Source of the DNA: Malacoraja senta
Taxonomy: Eukaryota
Assembly (NCBI GenBank): GCA_038087875.1
Contig: CM075988.1
Coordinates: 15,192,001-15,252,000 of the forward strand
Reading direction: 5' to 3'
DNA length: 60,000 bases
The notes under the pieces: model-generated
The model's database searches: none
What the model saw: only the letters and a program-made list of their open reading frames with translations
Told to the model about the DNA's origin: nothing
Made by a program: the position numbers and the translations under genes
In this document: positions 36,790 through 49,959 of the stretch, piece after piece
Numbering within the stretch: position 1 is the first letter of the stretch
How the letters are laid out: every line of letters begins with the position of its first letter

Positions 36790-38945
36790 CATAGAACAGT
36801 ACACAACACAGGAAAAGGCTATTTGTCCCATGATATCTATGCCAACCATGATGCCAAGTTAAACTAAACTAGCCACATCTGCCTGCACATGATCCATATC
36901 CCTGCCCCTTCTGCATGCTCATGTGCCTGATTGAACATCACTGAAATCTATTAGATCTCCCCTCAGCTTCCAACACTCCCTGTTGTCCAACTTCTCCTTT
37001 CAGTAATATTAGTCATTAGTTTATTGTCACGTGTACTGAGGTATAGTGAAAAGCATTTGTCGCGTGTTCAGTCAGCGGAAAGACAATACATTAAATGAAA
37101 ATGCATAAATACATTATTCGCTAATCAAGGCAACATCCTTGTGAATCTCTTCTGCACCCTCTCAAGCCTCCACATCCTTCTTGTAATGGGGCAACCAAAT
37201 CTGGCCGAACCAAACTTTTATACAGCTACAATAAGCGAGTTCGGTATTCCGACTGCACATGCCCAGGTAACTTGCCATAAACATTGTTGGTAGCTGAGCA
37301 GCTGTACCTTTGTTTTATCCGTATTTTCCAGCTTTGATTCTTTTAGGTAAGAAAAATACTGCTTTCAAACTATGGATTAGTTGTATTTATTGTTCCTTTG
37401 TACAAAGCTATGATGATTTTGTCATTTTTATTGTTTTATGCTTCGTTGAGTGAGCGAGATCATGCTGCTGTGTGGGGTCGGGGTCCGGCCTGGGTCTCCG
37501 GCGCTGTTGAGTTGCTGCTGGGCCGTCCCCATCCCCTCCCCGGGTGTCCCGTCCCTGTCCAGGGGCGGCCGGACGTGTCCAGGGTGGCCCTTGGCTGGTT
37601 CCAGCTGGGCTCTGCTCTGACTCCCTGGGGCCCCGTTTACTGGAGGGCCATGGACCATAGGCTGCGCCTCTCTCCTTATCCAGTGGCTGTCGGTTAACCC
37701 CCCCGGTGCCAGCGAAAGCCAAGAACCAGTCATCAACGGGGATACACACAAAATGCTGGAGTAACTCAGCGGGTCAGGCAGCATCTTCGGAGAAAAGGAA
37801 TAGGTGACATTTCAGGTCGAGATCCTGCTCCAGAGATGTTGCCTGACCCGCTGAGTTACTGCAGCATTTTGTGTGTATTCCCGTTGATGAATGGTGCTCG
37901 GCTTTCGCTGGCACCGAGGTGGTTAACCGACAGCCACTGGATAAGGCGAGAGGTGCAGCTGACGGTCCCTGGCCCGTCGGGGAACGGGTTCCTCGGGAGT
38001 TGGAGCAGAGTCAAGCTGGAGTTGGCGATTCTTCTCCGCGCTGGCTGTAAGCCTGGGGTCGCCACTGCTCCGGGCCGGTATCCTGTCAGTCCAGGACACC
38101 TCCGGCCACCCCCTGGCAGGGATGGGACACTCAGGAGGGGGCGGGGACAGTAGTGAGACTCCGCTCACAAATATGCCTCCTGGGGTTGTGCAGGAGAGGG
38201 GTGCGTGGTTCGCCCCTGTATAACCCAGTAGGGCAGCCAGAGTGAGAATGGAACCCATGCACCCAGGCTGAGGGGGACCGAACTGTGATTCATTAGATTG
38301 TCATTGCTGAGCTTTCTGCATGGATCAGTGGAGAAGGGAGAAATAGTGTTGCTCACTCCAGTAGCAATTCAACAGTGCTTGCAGCGCTGGAGACCCGGCT
38401 TCAATCCTGACTACAGATGAAACGCAAGTCTGTATACACGCAGCAGCTCAGCTGCCGAGAATGTGTTTCTCAAGTGACCTATGATCTGGGCATGCGCAGT
38501 CGGAATACCGAACTCGCTTATATGACTTCCTGATTCTTAAACTCAATACCCTGACCAATATATGGCAAGCATGCTATGTTTTTTTTAATGACACTATCTA
38601 TTTGTGGTGCCACTTCAGGAAGTTATTGACTTTGACCCCAAAATCACTCTGTTCACCAATGCTTTTAAGAGTTGTGCCATTTATTGAATATTTTCCCCTT
38701 ACGTTTGATCTCCCAAAATACAACAATTCGCACGTGCAGAGATTATATTACAAACACAGGTCCCAGTACTGATCTCTGCATAACATCACTAGTCAGACAT
38801 CCAGACAGAATAACACCTTCACCACTACCCGTTGTCTACCAAGGTAAAGCCAATTTTGAAACCAATCTACAAAGTCACCATTGATTCCATGTATCTTAAT
38901 TTTCTGGATCAGCCAACTGTGAGGGACCTTGTCAATGCCTTACTT
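36790..38945 (-). mobile_element. Decayed CR1 fragment split by the TIR element at 37233-38519
   Basis: CR1 sequence tatacagctacaat|atgacttcctga continues across the insertion. Confidence 0.65.
37233..38519. mobile_element. Unclassified non-autonomous TIR DNA element (~1.29 kb)
   Basis: 34-nt TIR AAGCGAGTTCGGTATTCCGACTGC(A/G)CATGCCCAG with 1 mismatch; AT duplicated at the ends. Confidence 0.85.
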
Positions 38946-40834
38946 TGAGTAGGTGATAAGGATCATTGATAAAGATAGGGCAGTATTGTCTTCATAGACA
39001 TTGGTTAGTTAAGTTTATTGTTACATGTACCGAGGTACAGTGAAAAACTTTTCTTGCACACTATCAAGTCAGTGGAGAGTGATTACAATCGAGCCATTTA
39101 CAGTGTCTGTACATGATAAGGGAATAAATTAGTGCAAGGTACAGCCAGTAAAGTCCGAGCAAAGATAGTCTGAGGGTCACCAACGAGGTAGATAGTAGTT
39201 CACAACTAGAGAGCAGCACTGAACCATATCTCTCAGTTTATAAACTGAGAGATATGGAGAGGGTCGTCAGGTAGAACCCTTTTCATACATAGATACATAG
39301 GTGCAGGAGTAGGCCATTTGGCCCTTCTAGCCAGCACCGCCATACAATGTGACCATGGCTGATCATCCTCAAACAGTACCCCGTTCCTGCCTTCTCCCCA
39401 TATCCCTTGATTCCGCTAGCCCTACGAGCCCTATCCTACTCTCTTGGATATCCAGTGAATCGGCCTCCGCTGCCTTCCGAGGCAGAGAATTCCACAAATT
39501 CACAACTCTCTGGTTGTGGAAATGTCAAATACTAAAGGTCATAGCTTCAGGTCAGAGGAGTAAAGCTTTTAGATGGGTGCATGAATATGCAGAGAATGGG
39601 GAGATATGGATCACATGCAGGCAGAAGGTATTAGTTTAATTTGACATCATGTTTCATCTAGAGATTGTGGCCAAAGGGCCTGCTCCTGTGATATACCATT
39701 CTATGTCTATGTTAATATGTACATAATCATACCTGCCAAAGATGCTAATCTTCAATCAATTCTAATCACTCCACACAATCTAGTGAGGCTAAACACAATA
39801 CAGCAGGACTCTAAAGATGTACAGATTTGTAGGTTAATGGGCTTGATATAATTGTAAATAGTCCCTAGTGCGTACGATAGCATTAGTGTGCGCGGATCAC
39901 TTGCCGACGTGGGCTGAGGGGTCTATTTCTGCCCTGCATCTCAAACTAAAGACTTTGGATACCAATAGCACACTGAAGTGTTGAAGACATGTACTCCAGA
40001 ACTTGTCCACAGCCAAGCTGTTCCACTAAAACTACAATGCTAGCATCTGTTTGACAGTGGCAAACAGTACAGTTTTGTCCTTTCCACTGAAGGCAGGATA
40101 TATTTAAATGAATCAATTACTGCCCCTGATAGTTTACTATCAATCATCAATACTGACAGTATCCATTTACTCACAAATAACCCAGCTTGGGATTGCATCA
40201 GAATCATTCAGTTCTGGGGCTAATTACAATTTATGTCTAAGTGTGGAAGAGAGTTGAATTCTATAGATGAGCAGAGAATAACTGACTTTGATATCATTGC
40301 AGTATTAAACACACTGCTGTGCAATAGCCCGAGTAAAATTGAAGTTAGAGGTTAGTAAGAAAACTTAGAACAAAATGGTTGTTTCCTGGAGATGAATCAT
40401 CTTGGCCTCAAGTGCATTGCTGTACCATACCCAATCAGTGCTAATTATTGATCAGTTTTCAGTTCAAACCGTACTCCTTAGATATTCTAGCAACAACACT
40501 TAGCAAAACTGGGGCAACATTTGAGTCCGGCTTGATAAGGCAATGGGCAGAAACAATCTAACCAGGTTCTCTTGGTACTTCACATCATGAACATTGTCAA
40601 ATCCCAACCTTCAACAGTTGAAAGTCACAATTATAAGTGGCCCAGACTCAAATGCTGTGCCTATCAAAATAATTCCATGAATAAATACTCTAGCATTTTC
40701 TGTTATACAGCCTAGCTCGCCTATTGACTCCTCAAATCCTAACAATCCACTACATAATACATTCAGGAATATCGTTTACTGTAGCTATAACACTTGAGAA
40801 GCTGAACATCCAAAGGACAATGTATGATTAACAC

Positions 40835-41180
40835 CTGCCTCGTAGGGCCCCCCTCGGTCATGGCTGACCATGGGTGATGCATCCTAGTTGTTGGCTGCTT
40901 GCTCCAAATCTCGGCTGGAGCAGCGTCGCTTGTGGCTGAAGAGACCATTGCGGGAGTGACAGTCTATCGCAAAGGTCACATTTGTGTGTGGTCTCTGGTT
41001 TGTTGAAGTTGCTGCGCTCCTTTTTGCGTGCCCGCTTGTCTGCCGCTGCGTTCAACAGTTTCTCTTCCCCCGTTTTGAGATGTTGGTTCAGGGTACCTCT
41101 CCACCTCGTGCGGTCAGCTGCAGGGTTCCCCCAGGACTCCACATCGATGTCGAGCGCCTTCATATCTCTCTTGCAGACAT
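40835..41180 (-). mobile_element. RTE-clade LINE 3' end
   Basis: DVCKRDMKALDIDVESW...AADRTRWR...HKCDLCDR C-terminal motif. Confidence 0.85.
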
Positions 41181-41505
41181 CCTGCCTACCACCTTAAATA
41201 TTCATCCTCTTCTACACCAGAACACTGGGTGCAATCACATCTGCCATTTGCAAAGATTTCTATGGGAGATACCCAAAATCTGCAAATCTACCACCGAGAT
41301 GATCAGCAACCACATGGGATCATCACCAATTGCATGTCTATCTCCAGGTATATCACGATGATGCCTTAGAAATGTTCATTAATTTGTCAAAATAGTAGAA
41401 CGATGGTAATCTATTCATCACTTGATTGCAGCAGCTCAAGACAGCAATTCGTCATCCCAATTTGGCTGCTCAACCACTCCTTCACTTCAATAATAAAGGG
41501 ATCAA

Positions 41506-42324
41506 AGGACAAAGGACAAAGGACAAAGGACATTTATTGTCACATACACCAATTGGTGTAGTGAAATTCGACTTGCCAATGCAGCACATGAATAAAGATA
41601 ATACACAACATTAAAGAATTTAACAGAATTTAACAATAAACATAAAAACATCCCCCCACAATGTTTCCCACTGTGGGGGAAGGCAGCAAAGTCCAGTCCC
41701 ATCCCCAGTTCACCCATAGTCGGGGCCTATTGAGGCCTCTGCAGTCGCCGCTACGGCAGCCCGATGCTTCAGGTCCTCTCGCCGGATGATGGAGCTCTGG
41801 CGTCGGGTGAACACTCTCAGCGGCCCGGAGTGTCTGGAGCGGCCGCTTCCTCCCAGTAGACCGCGGCTCCCGAAGTCCACGAGCCGCGCTGGTCGATGCT
41901 CCGACTTTGACGACCTCGTCGTCAGATCCCAGGCTCTGCGGTGTTTAAAGCTCAGCGCCGCCTGCGGCTGGAAGCTCCGCAGACCGCAGCTCCACGATGT
42001 TGGTGCCGGCGGTCACAGCACTCCGGAGCTTACTGCACGGCGACGCGGGTAAGGCATCGCCCGCTCCGCGATGGTGCTTCAGCGCTGTGCCGCCACCGAA
42101 GCTGAAGTCCTGGCCGGTCCCGGCAGGAAAACGCCGCTCCAGTCTGCCCGTAGGCCGCGAGGAAGGGGCGAAGATACGGCTCGGAGAAAAAACGCATCTC
42201 CGACCAGGTAGGGACTGAGAAGAATAGTTTCCCCCTTTCCCCACCCCCCACCCCCCACATAAAAAGATTAAAAGACCTCCAAATAAAACACTTTTAACTA
42301 ACTAAAAATAAAAAAGGGTGAAAA
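41506..42324 (-). mobile_element. CpG-rich non-coding retroposon with LINE-like tail and TSD
   Basis: Tail cactacaccaattggtgtatgtgacaataaa(tgtcctt)n; 6-bp repeat GATCAA at 41500-41505 and 42325-42330. Confidence 0.75.
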
Positions 42325-43219
42325 GATCAATCAATGGGTCTCAGATAATTGTAGCTCAGAGAAATCGAAGGGCTGTGTGAGAGAAAGTGAAGAAAGATAG
42401 TATTTCAGTGCTTAGATACAAGAGAACGAGAGGATGATCAGGGTCAGTGAGCAGAGAAGATTGGGAAGTAACTGAATGGATGGTTTGACATTAGTAACAA
42501 AACTTCTCTGATCTCCCAGTTGTTATTACACACAAGGTGGAAGGAGCAAGGGAGATTCACCTTGCAATGGAGAAGGAGCAGTGAAGAAGCTGTGGGATAA
42601 TCTGTCAAGTTACTGCCTGTCTTGCTTATGCCGTCTATAATCTTCTACTAATTAAAATCCTTCTGCTCAAATATATGCTTCCTCATTGTTCAACTTAATT
42701 GTATCAACCAACAAACAGCCTGAAACTTAGTTGAATAGTTTATTTTTCTTAAAAGACAGAATGTCTAGAAGAGGCAGACATAGATGCAGAAAAAGCAAGA
42801 AAAACGAGAAGAGATAAATACAGGCCTCTATGCTTATACTGTGATATTGAAAACAATTGTTCACATATTTATAAGTTGCTATGATATGAGAAAATACAGG
42901 CAGGTTCTTGGTAAAATAAGCTAATCAATGCTTCCCTGCCACTGAACAAAACATTTGGAATCCTCTTTCCAAATTCCTTAACTAGAATTACCCACCCCAG
43001 CAAACCCCTCCCACTCACAATGCATGACCACTAACCTCTCTCCCTCTCCCCAATACATACAAATAAACCGGCACAACATAAAATCACAGTTCTGTCCCTA
43101 AGGTTATTAGATAAACAATCACAAATGAACACGCTCTCTCAAGAAATGCGGATGTAAGAATTGACATCTGTCCAAATTTTAAATAAGTTTCCCACAAAAC
43201 CTGACTGAGCCTCAATGTG

Positions 43220-43482
43220 TAGGTAGGAACGGCAGATGCTGGTTTAGACTGAAGATAGACACAAAATTATTGTAACTTAGTGGGACAGGCAGCATCTCTG
43301 GATAGAACGAATGGCCGATGTTTCTGGTCGAGACCCTTCTTCAGTGTCAATGCTTGGTTTACTGACTGTTTTGCAGAGCACCTGCATTCATTCCATAGGG
43401 ATAACTGGGCTTCCTGTTGCCCACCAGTTAACACTACATCCCAATCACACTTCAATTTATCTGCGATCTCCAGTTCTGCTAC
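43220..43482 (+). mobile_element. Penelope-derived repeat plus GIY-YIG remnant
   Basis: gaac(g)gcagatgctggttta...gggacaggcagcatctct arm followed by DCFAEHLHSFHR...LPVAH. Confidence 0.7.
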
Positions 43483-43682
43483 AACAAAACCTAAACCAAA
43501 GCCAATTAACCTACGCACTCTTACGTCTTTTTGAGATGCGGGAGAAAACCGGAGCATCCGGAGAAAATCCACACGGTCACAGGGAGAACGTGCAAACTTC
43601 ATTCCGACAACCCAAGTTCAAGATCGAACCTAGGTCTCTGGAGCTGCAAGGCAGCTGTTCCACCAGCTTTGCCACTCTGCAG
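43483..43682 (-). mobile_element. HE1-type V-SINE fragment
   Basis: gccaattaaccta...gggagaaaaccggagcatccggagaaaatccacacggtcacaggg. Confidence 0.8.
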
Positions 43683-44397
43683 CCCTTGCATCAGCTTTAA
43701 GGAGGCTTACAAGCTATAATATTAACCAATGGATCAACAAGAGAACTATTCTCAGTATAGGCAAATGTCAAACAGGGCTCTGCCAATGCACGAACGCTTT
43801 CTCAATCTGCTTACTGCAATGTCTTGTCTGACCTCCAAATTTCCAGCGGGTATGAAGTTAATCATCAGAACTAATAAGAAGATAGTCACACCCACAAACA
43901 AAGTAATGACAGACAATGCAGTAAAGAGCTCCTGCATATTTTATTGCTGTGTGGCCTCAACCCTACTGGTGCTAATCTGAAAATGTGGTTCCTCATCATT
44001 AGCTCCAAAGTGAATGGAAATGGTTATTATGGTCCAAACATATTTGGATCAACAATAATAATAATAATAATAATAATAGAATTTATTTATATAGCGCTTT
44101 TCAGGACTCAAAGTCGCTTGACCATCACAAGCCACTTCTATTGTTGCTAATATATAGGACCCAATTCGATTGATACATCTTTACTATTCTCACCCAACTC
44201 TCTTTACTGCTGGACCCCATATTAATATTGTACTCATTAAAATAGACACTGCAATGCAAAAGTTATACCATTCTTGACATTATAATCCTACTTGCATGTG
44301 TGTCAATCATTGGAAAATATTTGTTCCTGATGTTAGCACTAAAGAAGAGTTCAGACACACTGCTTTGCATAGTAGAAGCAGCAGAACAATAACACAA

Positions 44398-44500
44398 GGA
44401 TAGACACAAAAAACTGGAGTAACTCAGCGGGACAGGCAGCATATCTGGAAAGAAGGAAATGGGTGACGTTTCGGGTCGAGGCCCTTCTTCAGACTGAGAG
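44398..44500 (-). repeat. Penelope-derived repeat with minimal hammerhead core (44465-44492)
   Basis: Minus strand CTGAAGA-A-GGGCC-TC-GACCC-GAAAC-GTC. Confidence 0.75.
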
Positions 44501-45172
44501 CCAGGGGAGAATGAGACTAGGGATATGGAAGGGCAAGGTGTGAAAAGGCATACAATCTGAAAATTTAATCAGGAGTGGAAAACACAAGGAAGTCAATCAG
44601 GGAGGGGATTAACCAACAAATCTCTATGCTATTGTTCCTTTGGTGACAAGCCCAGCAAGGAGCAGAGATACGAAAAAAAAAGGTACTAGCTTTAGCAAAG
44701 GCGGATCCATCCTGTGGAAAACAGTACTGTGGTTAGCAATGGTCCAATTGGCAGGGTACAAAATAAACCTACCGAGAAAGAGATAGATCGGTGCTTAAAT
44801 ACAGCATCTGAAGTGGCTCTAATTAAAATGGACCAAAAACATGTACCAATTTTCAGGCAGACAGAAACACAGACAGCCAACAAGGTCTGCTTTTGCTAGG
44901 AGGGTAATCTCAACTCTAATATCCAGTCTGTAACCCTGCATTGCAACAATATCACGCCCAAATGAAAACCATTCATTTAACTTGGCAGCAACCTTCACAG
45001 CCTCACTGCACCACTTCACAACCTTGTGGATTCATCAAATCACAGGGATTGCATCCTTGGTAACAATTGGTAAATAACACACTGCAAATGTAAACTAAAA
45101 TAAGAATGGATCAAAATGTGCGCACATTAACCCCCATTCACTGACATGGTGGCATTCATTTTTTGCTTCTGA

Positions 45173-45706
45173 AGGGCCTGTCCCACTTAGGCGATTTTTT
45201 AGGCGACTGCATGTGACTAGGCTGTCGCCACATGGTCGCCGGGGTGTCACCTTAATGGTTGTGAGTAGTCTCCTCAGTCACCCAAAGAGTCGTATCGTTT
45301 TTCTGGTCGCTGCTGGATTTTGAAATGTTCAAAACTTTTCGGCGACAGTCGACGACCGTGGGCTTGTCGTAGCTTGTCTACTCCTGACATAGGTGCTGTC
45401 GTAGGTTGTCGCCAGGATGACGCAAGTTGTCGTCAGGTGACATAGGTTGTCGCGGTGCTGACTTCGGTGAATTCCATTGGCGACTACCTACGTCAACAGG
45501 TACAGGCGACTGAATTATCTTAAGTTGTCGTAGGGTGGACGTCCTAATGGGTCGCCGATTGTCGGTAGCTTGCCGCAGCTTGACGTCGACTAGCTGGTAC
45601 GTTGTTGTAGACATTGTTGTAGGGGGGGGACCAGTCGCTGTTTTTTCGGCGACCTGCTACGACTATGACAGTCGCCGAAAAAAATCGCCTAAGTGGGACA
45701 GGCCCT
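45173..45706. mobile_element. PIF/Harbinger-type MITE (534 bp)
   Basis: Perfect TIR AGGGCCTGTCCCACTTAGGCGATTTTTT; 3-bp TGA/TAA flanks; many internal GTCGCC/GTCGT motifs. Confidence 0.85.
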
Positions 45707-47224
45707 TAATTCCAACAAATCTGCTGCCGTAGCAACAATTTGCAACAACTCATGGCCTACAAATCCAATCCTCCCCATAGAATCTCAAAATATTTATACT
45801 CTCTAAAATAAACAAGGGCACCATAATAATGCAGGGCTCTCTTTTTGGCAGACCAGCTTGTATTCTTGCACAACAACAGTATCAGAATGGACCCGCAAGT
45901 TTTTCTCACCTCTATGCCTGCCGGTCCTCGATTCTTCTTCCCACCAATGTCCCAGCCCCAACTCTACTGCATCCATTTCTGTAGACCCCTCCTCTAAGCC
46001 ATCAAACTCCATCGAAGATGCACGTGAAACTCTTCTCCCATTGCCTGTACATGTTGAATGTTAATAGCACGAGTTTTGGGAACTTTAAACCTTACAAATT
46101 CATTGGCGGCAGAATTCTTCACTGAACCTTAAAGTTTGAATATTCTCTCTATTGCAAAGCAAGAAGAAAGATTAAGGTAGGTGTTACTTAAATCTGCTCT
46201 ACCCCTATCCAACCAACGGAAGAGAAGTAGTGAACATTGTTTAAGCCGCATTCAGCAGTCATTTACTGCATGGATGGTGCAAGCCTGCCCTTAGCTGGTT
46301 TTCAGTTTAATTATGAGCCAAGTTCTGAAGAGATGCCAACAATGACTTTGGCACCACCAAAAAGCAGAAAACACTCATTTACCAATTGCAAACGCTACCA
46401 GAATGATCTGTCAGTATCCGTTCAATGTTCTTAACCTGGCAAAACTAGAATTCACTTCTAATATGCTTGTGAAAAAGATGGTGTTACAGTCAGAGCCCAA
46501 TAGATTCTGTGCCACCGACATCCACCATTGCAGTTTCAGAATCTTCAGCTTAACATTCTGTAACAGTTCCACAGCCGACCAAATGTGAACATCATGACAG
46601 GTTTGGCCTTCAGATCAAGTCTGTGCCAGCCTGGCTGCCTGCCCCAGCACAATTCCTGGAAATTCTCAACTCTGAACACTGCCTTTGGGATTCTGCCTGG
46701 TGTTGCAGTGGACAAAAGGCTGTTCATGCTCCTTGCAGACTCTTGCAGACTCCTTGTGGAAATTATCTCAAACTCTTAAATTTAACAAATCATAACAAAC
46801 AAAGAATAAAAGCAGACATGTTCTTGCTGTGGATATACTTTTCCCTTCTCATCAGTCATCTCTCTCTCCTACTCAAATATTGGATCAGCTATTTCAAATC
46901 AAACACTATAATTTTTATGGATGAAACTAACCAGAATTTTACAACGATCTTTGAATTCAGGGATGGTGGCAGAGTTCTGGAGAGTGGTGAATGTTACCCT
47001 CTTGTTCAAGGTGTAAGCATGGATGCTGCAGGTTGTTTGGTTTACCCTCAGTGGCGAGAAAGTTTTAAAATGTAGGATCAGTGTAAATGGGTACTTGGTC
47101 AGCATGAGTTCAGTTGGTCAAGTGTCCCGTTTGCCATGCTACATGACTTCACGACACTGAACACAGACTCAGAGCAGGATTTATATTCACTTGAAGAAAC
47201 ATGTATTACTTTTGACAAACCGCT

Positions 47225-48365
47225 AAGTATTTGTTAAGGACAAAATGCATTTAACTAATTTATTGGAAGTTTTTTTTCAATAAAATATAACATAGAGTTG
47301 GCAGTAATGCAGTTCATGTTGTGTACATGGAGATGTTTTTGACTTCAGCAAAGCTTTTGATAAGGTTACGCATGGCAGGCTGCTCTGGAAGGTTAACTCA
47401 CAGGGTATCCAGGGAGATCTAGCTGCCCGAATACAGAATTGGCTTCATGGAAAGAAGCTGAGGGTGGTGGTGGAAGGTTGTGATGCGTGTGATTGGGCCC
47501 GTTGCGGTTTGTGGTTTATTTTAACGATTTAGATGACAATGTGCAAGGCATGATTAGTAAGTTTGCAGTTGACACTAAAATAGGTGGTATCGTAGATAAT
47601 GAAGAGGGTTAACAATAATTACAGCGGGATCTTGATCGGCTGGGCAAATGGGCTGAATAATGACTAATGAAGTTTGATGCAGATAAGTGTCAGGTGTTGC
47701 CTTTTGGGACATCAAACCAGGGCAGGACTTTCACAGTGAATCGTAGGAAGCTAGGAGGTGGTGTAGAGCAGAGCCTTCATTAGTCAGAGTACTGAGTATA
47801 GAAGTTGGGACTTTCTGTTACAGTTGTACAAGACGTTGGCGAGGAGGCTGTAGTAGTATTGTGTTCAGTTTCGATCACCCTACTACAGAAAGGATGTCAT
47901 TAAGCTGGAGAGAGTGCAGAAATAAATTACGAGAATGTTGCCAGGACTTGAGCACGTGCTATATGGAGAGATTGGACAAGCTGGGACTTTATTACTTCGA
48001 GCACAGGAGACTACGGGGTGTATGAAATCACGAGGGAAATACGTAGGGTGATTGCAGTCTTTCACCCAGGGTATCAAGAACCATAGGTTTAAGGTGAGCA
48101 GAAAAAGATTTAATAGGAACCTGAGGGACAACTTTTTCCACTCAGAGGGAGGCAGGTGTATGGAATGAGCTGCCATAGCAGGTGGTTGAGGCAGTTAGAA
48201 TAAAAACATTTAAAAGACACTTGGACGTATATGAAGAGGAAAGGGTTAGAGGGATGTGGACCAAAAATGGGGCAAATGGGACTTGCAGAGATGGCAAGTC
48301 CCATTTGGTTGGCATGAATGATTTGGGCTGAAGATCTTGTTTCTGTATGTATGGCTCTATGATTC
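47225..48365 (+). mobile_element. CR1/HER1 LINE, RT to 3' end (decayed)
   Basis: DFSKAFDKV, NDLDD...KFA.DTKIGG, LYKTL...YCVQF remnants and (ctatgatt) tail. Confidence 0.85.
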
Positions 48366-48427
48366 TATATGGTTCCACATAACATGATTATCAGCAAAGG
48401 TAAAGCATGTGACATTAAAGAGATGTG

Positions 48428-48572
48428 TCGGAAGGAACTGCAGATGCTGATTTAAACCAAAGATAGACACAGAATGCTAGAGTAACTCAGTGGGACAGGC
48501 AACATCTCTGGAGGGAAGGAATGGGTGACGTTTCGGGTAGAGACCCTTCTTCAGCAATGTTGTGTCTATCTT
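48428..48572 (-). repeat. Penelope-derived repeat with minimal hammerhead core (48527-48554)
   Basis: Minus strand CTGAAGA-A-GGGTC-TC-TACCC-GAAAC-GTC. Confidence 0.72.
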
Positions 48573-49094
48573 CTGACATTAATATCTTGGATAGAAAGTT
48601 TACCATGGTGAATGGTCATTTTTCTGATTGGAGGTGAATGACAGTGTTACCCAAGGATTGTTATTAAGGCTATCTCTTTTTTGGACCTGTATTTTGATCT
48701 GTAAGCTTAAGGATATAAGCTATGATTGGCAACCAGATGAAGGGTCCCAATCTGAAATCTTCACAGATGCTGCTCGACTCGCTCAGTTCCTCCAGCCAGA
48801 TACTTCATAATTTTAAGAAAACACCTGTTCAACAGCACCTGAGCTAGTGTGCACAACTTTACTTACTTCATAAGAAATATGTGATGGCAATACAGGATCC
48901 AAACCAAAATTACAGAATGATTACTACGATAAGGTACTACAAGGATGCATTAAAGACACTGGGATTATTTTCTTTAGAGAAGACTGTGGGAGGATTGAAT
49001 ATGGGTATATAAAAATGAGGTCTGGGCAGAGAGGATCATAACACATTGGTGGATGGGTCAAGGATTAGGAGAAGAGGTATAAAATAATGGGAGA

Positions 49095-49382
49095 GCACCG
49101 TGGCACAGCAGTAGAACTGCTGCCTTACAGTGCCAGAGACCCGAGTTCGATCCTGACTACGGGTGCCGTCTGTACGGAGTTGGTACATTCTCCCCGTGAC
49201 CTGCGTGTTTTTTCTCCGATTTCTTTGGTTTCCTCCCACACTCCAAAGACGTACAGGTTTGTAGGTTAATTGGTTTGGTTTAAATGAAAATTGTTCATAG
49301 TGTGTGTGTAGAATAGCATTAGTGTGCGGGGATCATTGGTCGGTGCAGACTCGGTGGGTCGAAGGGCCTGTTTCCACGCAGT
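49095..49382 (+). mobile_element. HE1-type V-SINE (near full length)
   Basis: A-box-like gtggcacagcagtaga, B-box gagttcgatcc, V-domain, gaagggcctgtttcc tail. Confidence 0.9.
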
Positions 49383-49959
49383 ATTAAAAAAGATACAAGG
49401 TAGAATCTTCAATATAGTGTGGCAGGTTCCAGAATAGCCTTCCATAGCAACATAACAATATGGAGGCTAAACATTTCCAAAGCTATAGTAAGAGGTCAGG
49501 GATGGAACTAGTGAGTCACTCTGGCAGCGAGTCATGCAGGCATGGACCAAACGGACTCTTTCTGGGCTGTACTCTGTCACTACGTGATTCTATAATTGAT
49601 ATTACAAAATTGGTATGCAGCAGCATCAAGAATAACCTGTTTAGTTGGTTGAGGGGTAAATATTGGCAAGTACACAGAAAGGATCTCCATTGTTCATCCT
49701 TCAATAATATTGTGGGATTGTTCAATCACTGAAGTTAGACAAGCATTGCCCCAAAGATGACATTTCGAATTTCGAACATTTTCTAAACTACCCCTCCAAC
49801 AGTCCCATGCTCTCTCTCCCTCGATGCCTCTGGTCCAGCCCAACTGGCCTCTGCATTAACTGAACTATGCACGTTTTCAGAGTTAGACCGAGAGTTCTTG
49901 CCCTATTCTCATCAACTTCCCCCAGATTCTACCACTCACCTACAGACTAGGTCAAATTA

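Noticed and set aside
42561..42589. 29-nt micro-exon (cccacag...gtgaat) as counterpart of the LARG second exon
   Set aside because: No peptide similarity and phase-incompatible with the neighbouring candidate exons; the true micro-exon may be absent or in the gap.
45290..45680. CRISPR-like repeat array
   Set aside because: Short irregular motifs inside a TIR-bounded MITE; no constant repeat/spacer structure; eukaryotic context.
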